Shown: piece by piece, positions 60,063-64,000 of the stretch
How positions within the stretch are numbered: position 1 is the first letter of the stretch
Layout: every line of letters begins with the position of its first letter
Source of the DNA: a virus
Virus record (IMG/VR): IMGVR_UViG_3300042397_002774
Span: 64,001-128,000 of that record
Strand: one strand, 5' to 3'
DNA length: 64,000 nt
The notes under the pieces: generated by a model
What the model saw: the letters and a program-made list of their open reading frames with translations, nothing else
What the model was told of the DNA's origin: nothing
Database searches by the model: none
Program-made: the position numbers and the translations under genes

Positions 60063-60758
60063 TTATTTAACTAACATTAGATAACCTAAACCTCCAATCA
60101 CTATATAACTTCCTATACGTTGGAATTTAGATTTTGCTTTTAATTTCTTTAATTGCAAGTCTATTTGGTTATATTGATCTTCCCAACCTGCAATTTCCTT
60201 ATCTTTATTTGTTAAAATCAACTTATATTTACTTTCTTTATTTTCAAATCCAGTAATAATATTGTCTTTAACAGTTATTTTTGCTTCCAATGTAGTAATA
60301 GTACTATCTTTTAATACGATAATTTGTTTAGTACCATCTAATTCTACTAAATCTTTAGCAGCAGCAACTAATACTGGTTGTGCTAAAGGTAATGGGTTAG
60401 TTATTGTATCTTTAGGGTAACGAGTATTAAATGAACTGATTAATTCATGTTCTGTAAAAGTATCAACTTTGCTTTTTTCTACTTCAATAGTTTCAACAAT
60501 CCTAATTACTTTTGCTTTTTGGTGTTCTACCTTATATGTTAATTCTTCACTAACATAATTTAATGAGTCAATAACAGCATCATCTTTTTTAATTTCAGCA
60601 AATAATGAATCATTTACTTTATGTAAACTATCCATTTCAACTAAAAATGCTTTATGATCAGCATTACTACTACATTTTTCAAACAATACACTACCTATTG
60701 CTATAATAGCTACTACTATAACAATTTTTGGCAACCATTTTTTAACTAATAACATCAT
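60063..60758 (-). CDS. Coiled-coil membrane protein with hydrophobic segments at both ends (spanin-like topology)
   Basis: Start re-called to MMLLVKK; N-terminal hydrophobic helix then Cys; C-terminal IGSYIVIGGLGYLMLV. Confidence 0.55.
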   Translation of the reverse strand: MMLLVKKWLPKIVIVVAIIAIGSVLFEKCSSNADHKAFLVEMDSLHKVNDSLFAEIKKDDAVIDSLNYVSEELTYKVEHQKAKVIRIVETIEVEKSKVDTFTEHELISSFNTRYPKDTITNPLPLAQPVLVAAAKDLVELDGTKQIIVLKDSTITTLEAKITVKDNIITGFENKESKYKLILTNKDKEIAGWEDQYNQIDLQLKKLKAKSKFQRIGSYIVIGGLGYLMLVK

Positions 60759-60762
60759 ATTT

Positions 60763-61923
60763 TTATTTTTTGATACCTGCATAATACTGCATTCTGTGTT
60801 TAATACCTTCATTCAAATCATCCATTTCATCTTCGTCCTCAAGTGGATTTTCGATTGGTGGTGGAGCAATATATTCTTTGCCTGCTTTTTTAGCAATATC
60901 TTTTTGTAAATATTCTGATTTAGCAACTAAAGCATCAATTCTCTGTTCTAGACTTGCTTTTAAATCAGTTAAACCTTTAATTTCTCTAGCTGTACTACCT
61001 ACGTCATTAATATCACCAGGTGTGCTTCTATATCTTTTAGTTTTTAATAGATTTGATTTAACACTTCTTAAACGATCAGATAATTTTGAATATTCCATCC
61101 AATCTTGATAATCTTCATCTGAAATGGTAACTGCTGATTTTGATCTGCTACCACCTGTCATTTCAGGTTCTGGTTCTTCTCCTGAAGCTTTAGCTGCTGC
61201 GAATGCTGCTTCTACTTCATCATCTGACATTTCTTCTTGGCCTGATATTCCTAATGAATCTAATTCACGTGATGTAAACATACTACCAGCTCCTGCTCTT
61301 CTACCTCTTGGATTGTAATATAATTCTTCATCACCAGTCGCTGTTGTAGATGCTGTTGGAGTAGGTCTTGGGTTTGTTAATCTTGGTGCTGCTTGTTCTG
61401 ATGAAGAAACAATAACACCTGCATCAACTAATTCCATAAAATCTTTATTGATTGGATTTTGTTTATCATAACCCATTTCACCAGCTACGTTCATTTTTGA
61501 TACTGCTGATCCTGCTGCTTGAATAGCTGCTAAAATTTTAGCTTTTTTACCAGAAAATCCTGCAATTTGTGCATCAGTAACATCGTCTGCTAATTGATAT
61601 CTAACACCAACATTTGCCATTTCGTCTAATTCTGTTGAAGACATACCTGGTTTTGATAGTTTGGTAAGTTTTAATTGTGCTGCTTGTATATTTTTATTAA
61701 CAGCATTTATTTCAGCATCTTTTCCTGGTTTATCTACTGGAGCTACTTGTTGAGCAGTTAATTCTTGTTTTTTCTTATTAAGTGCTGCTATTTTAGCTCT
61801 TTCGGCAGCTAATGCTGCATTTTGTGCTTGTTTATCCTCAGCAGGACCTTCTTCAATTACTTCAAGTAATGCTTCACGGATAATATCTTGCAGTTCAGAT
61901 TTTTTCATGGTATCGTTATTCAT
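60763..61923 (-). CDS. Hypothetical, putative internal head protein
   Basis: MKKSELQDIIREALLE near N-terminus; C-terminal LNEGIKHRMQYYAGIKK. Confidence 0.6.
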   Translation of the reverse strand: MNNDTMKKSELQDIIREALLEVIEEGPAEDKQAQNAALAAERAKIAALNKKKQELTAQQVAPVDKPGKDAEINAVNKNIQAAQLKLTKLSKPGMSSTELDEMANVGVRYQLADDVTDAQIAGFSGKKAKILAAIQAAGSAVSKMNVAGEMGYDKQNPINKDFMELVDAGVIVSSSEQAAPRLTNPRPTPTASTTATGDEELYYNPRGRRAGAGSMFTSRELDSLGISGQEEMSDDEVEAAFAAAKASGEEPEPEMTGGSRSKSAVTISDEDYQDWMEYSKLSDRLRSVKSNLLKTKRYRSTPGDINDVGSTAREIKGLTDLKASLEQRIDALVAKSEYLQKDIAKKAGKEYIAPPPIENPLEDEDEMDDLNEGIKHRMQYYAGIKK

Positions 61924-61934
61924 AATTTTATATG

Positions 61935-61942
61935 TATAAATA
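61935..61942 (-). promoter_or_regulatory. Putative late promoter motif
   Basis: ATATTTATA upstream of 61923. Confidence 0.6.
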
Positions 61943-62461
61943 TTAAAGACTTTGCAAAATTGCAGCAATACGTTCTTCAGTTGTACCTTCGACTTTAATT
62001 AATTTATTAGGTTTAAACTCATCTAATGATAATTGTATAGCTACATCTATTTTTCTACGATATTCTAAATCAGTTTCACGTACACCATTATCTTCCATTT
62101 CAACACCATTTGGCGATACATAAATAACTAAATCATAATAACTACGAAGATGCATAGCTGATTCAACAAATGAGCGTTTTTCCCAATCTTTTATAGTTTT
62201 TGATGATAAAGTAAATGAACATACATCCCATACTGTACGATCTGTAATGATTTTAGGTTGTAATAATTCACTAGCACGTTCTGCTAAAAATATAAATTGA
62301 CCTGGTAATGTTGAATCTGTATTTAATGGAATACCTAGCCCACTAAGATATCTACTACGTTCAGTTTGTACAACATGATCTTTAAATTGATCAGTTTCAC
62401 CTAACGCTTTTGCTAATGTAGTTTTACCTACACTCATTGTTCCTGCTAATCCTATTCTCAT
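61943..62461 (-). CDS. P-loop nucleoside/nucleotide kinase-like protein (AAA_28/NadR-like)
   Basis: GTMSVGKTT, ITDRTVWD, YDLVIY, EDNGVRETD. Confidence 0.8.
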   Translation of the reverse strand: MRIGLAGTMSVGKTTLAKALGETDQFKDHVVQTERSRYLSGLGIPLNTDSTLPGQFIFLAERASELLQPKIITDRTVWDVCSFTLSSKTIKDWEKRSFVESAMHLRSYYDLVIYVSPNGVEMEDNGVRETDLEYRRKIDVAIQLSLDEFKPNKLIKVEGTTEERIAAILQSL

Positions 62462-62712
62462 TTATTTCTATTATTTATTTTTTTCATTTGACGTGCTACT
62501 TTCTTCTGCTGTAAAGCTTCTTTAACTTGTTGCTTTAAACGTTTTTCAGCACCTGGTTTGTATTTGACATCTACCTCAATTGGTCCTTTATCAAATTTAT
62601 CCAAATCATACTTCCATGTTTCAACAGTATTATCATCCTCATAAACTCTACTGAATTTACGAGGTTGATCTACTGGTTGTGATTCTTTAGGTCTACCTCT
62701 TCTCTCTTCCAT
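62458..62712 (-). CDS. Hypothetical protein, 84 aa
   Basis: ORF track; ATGA overlap with the kinase gene; RRGRPK motif. Confidence 0.6.
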   Translation of the reverse strand: MEERRGRPKESQPVDQPRKFSRVYEDDNTVETWKYDLDKFDKGPIEVDVKYKPGAEKRLKQQVKEALQQKKVARQMKKINNRNK

Positions 62713-62738
62713 GCTTAAATGTATGAATTTTATTTTGC

Positions 62739-62969
62739 CTAAACTCTAGCACCTGCTGCTTTACCTGCTGCTGTTTTATGGAATGGTTGCCCATTGCCAT
62801 CTTTTTTTCGATCATCCCATTGTTCTTTGGTAAATTGAAAACCAAATAACCAATACTCGGCTGCGCGTTTATTACCTTGGGGAATATATGCGGGACCGTC
62901 CCAGTTATGCATTTTTCCATCTAAATAGTATACTATACTACCGTCTGCTGTTTTTATTCTTTTTGTCAT
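62739..62969 (-). CDS. Hypothetical protein with YY.DGK.H..DGPA module
   Basis: YYLDGKMHNWDGPAYI...EYWLFG, a common phage beta-repeat unit. Confidence 0.7.
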   Translation of the reverse strand: MTKRIKTADGSIVYYLDGKMHNWDGPAYIPQGNKRAAEYWLFGFQFTKEQWDDRKKDGNGQPFHKTAAGKAAGARV

Positions 62970-62973
62970 TGTT

Positions 62974-64000
62974 TTATTTTAAAAGTGATTCTGCTACATA
63001 AATTCCGTGTGCACCTGATACTGTAATACCACGAGCTGATAGTGCATCTCCTACAAAGTGTACATTTGGATATGTTGTTAAAGACAAATCATTGTAATTA
63101 ACTAATGGTTCAGGTGAAAGATATTTTACCTCAGGCATGTATATACCCCAATCATTTTTCATTTTTGGAAATACTATTTGCATATTAGTAATAAAATCCT
63201 CAATATATTGAGCATATTCTTCACCTAAAGCATTAAATAAAACATCCATTGTATCTACTTGTACAGCTGATACTGTATTATTTTCTGATGTAGTTCCTGG
63301 TTTGCGAGTTCTGTTTGGTGAATAATAAGTACCTGTTCCATCGATTTGTAGTTTTTGTACTACATCTCTTGACCATGCAAATGGATCTTCAATACCCTTA
63401 ATTTCCATCAGGATACCAAAGTTAGTCATATTATTTCTAAATTCTTCACCTTTCTTAGCGTGACCATTATAACTAATATCACCATATGTTTCTTCTACAG
63501 CAACATAAGCAGCATTATTATTCGTGCAGAATGAGCGTAAAGAAACATTATCAAATTTCTGGTAGAGTTTAAAATCGTAAGATACATCTATTAATTTTTG
63601 GAAATATTTTTGTGGCGCTTCAAAACGAACACCAATTTGTACTGATTTAGGTTCGTTAGGTAATTCATATTGGTTTGCTAGTTGTTGAGCAAAATCAATA
63701 CCTGATTTACCTACTGCAAATATTAGTTCATCATAATTATAGTATTCTGCTAGTTTAGGATTTTCACATACTGTTGTAATATCTTGTTTCTGGAAATCAA
63801 TGTTAATAACAGTTGTATTCCATTCAAATCTAATACCTTTATCTAACAAATACTGATACCATGTTTTAGCAATTTCATGTAAGAAATTAGATCCAATGTG
63901 CCATACAGGAAACATTCTTAAACCAAAGTATGGTTTGATAAATTCAGGTTCTTCCTGAGGATCAGACATGAATATTTCTTCTGGTTTAGGGTGAAAACGT
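62974..64000 (-). CDS. FAD-dependent oxidoreductase (COG2509-like), 5' partial
   Basis: Frame is open to the window edge (RFHPKPEEIF-MSDP); HIGS, IFAVGKSG, IGVRFE, RSFCTN, PEVKY, FVGDA..ARGI..SG..G. Confidence 0.8.
   Translation of the reverse strand, partial: RFHPKPEEIFMSDPQEEPEFIKPYFGLRMFPVWHIGSNFLHEIAKTWYQYLLDKGIRFEWNTTVINIDFQKQDITTVCENPKLAEYYNYDELIFAVGKSGIDFAQQLANQYELPNEPKSVQIGVRFEAPQKYFQKLIDVSYDFKLYQKFDNVSLRSFCTNNNAAYVAVEETYGDISYNGHAKKGEEFRNNMTNFGILMEIKGIEDPFAWSRDVVQKLQIDGTGTYYSPNRTRKPGTTSENNTVSAVQVDTMDVLFNALGEEYAQYIEDFITNMQIVFPKMKNDWGIYMPEVKYLSPEPLVNYNDLSLTTYPNVHFVGDALSARGITVSGAHGIYVAESLLK

Noticed and set aside
62693-62920. 75-aa alternative-frame ORF
   Set aside because: Overlaps the better-supported 62739-62969 gene.
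1-64000. Stop-codon reassignment
   Set aside because: Core genes are full length in the standard code, and TAG (58401, 6966) and TGA (44108) end genes at expected positions.
1-64000. tRNA or rRNA genes
   Set aside because: Intergenic gaps are short and no cloverleaf-like sequence was seen by eye; a tRNAscan run would confirm.

Overview
AT-rich 64-kb segment of a large T4-like myovirus genome. The host is probably a Bacteroidota: leaders are A-rich, lack Shine-Dalgarno sequences, and there is one TTTG-N20-TANNTT-like promoter. All credible genes are on the minus strand and form the virion morphogenesis region. In transcription order (right to left): FAD oxidoreductase, P-loop kinase, terminase, portal, putative internal head proteins, prohead protease, scaffold, major capsid, PhoH, neck/tail-terminator genes, a ~30 kb fibre region, then sheath, tube, tail chaperone, tape measure and baseplate genes. 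The fibre region encodes five collagen-like (Gly-X-Y) fibres ending in S74 autocleaving chaperones. Embedded among them is a four-gene cassette of three 2OG-Fe(II) oxygenases and a two-domain glycosyltransferase; this is the best candidate for an undescribed system (phage-encoded hydroxylation/glycosylation of collagen fibres or the virion surface). Other signals: a [ST]-[GAS]-S motif enriched in surface proteins; 22 copies of an upstream ATATTTAT motif that is the reverse complement of the T4 late promoter; a likely +1/-2 frameshift in the tail chaperone; covarying UANAUA-loop hairpins in two fibre leaders; and shared head-targeting-like peptide motifs. All family assignments come from visual motif recognition, not database searches.
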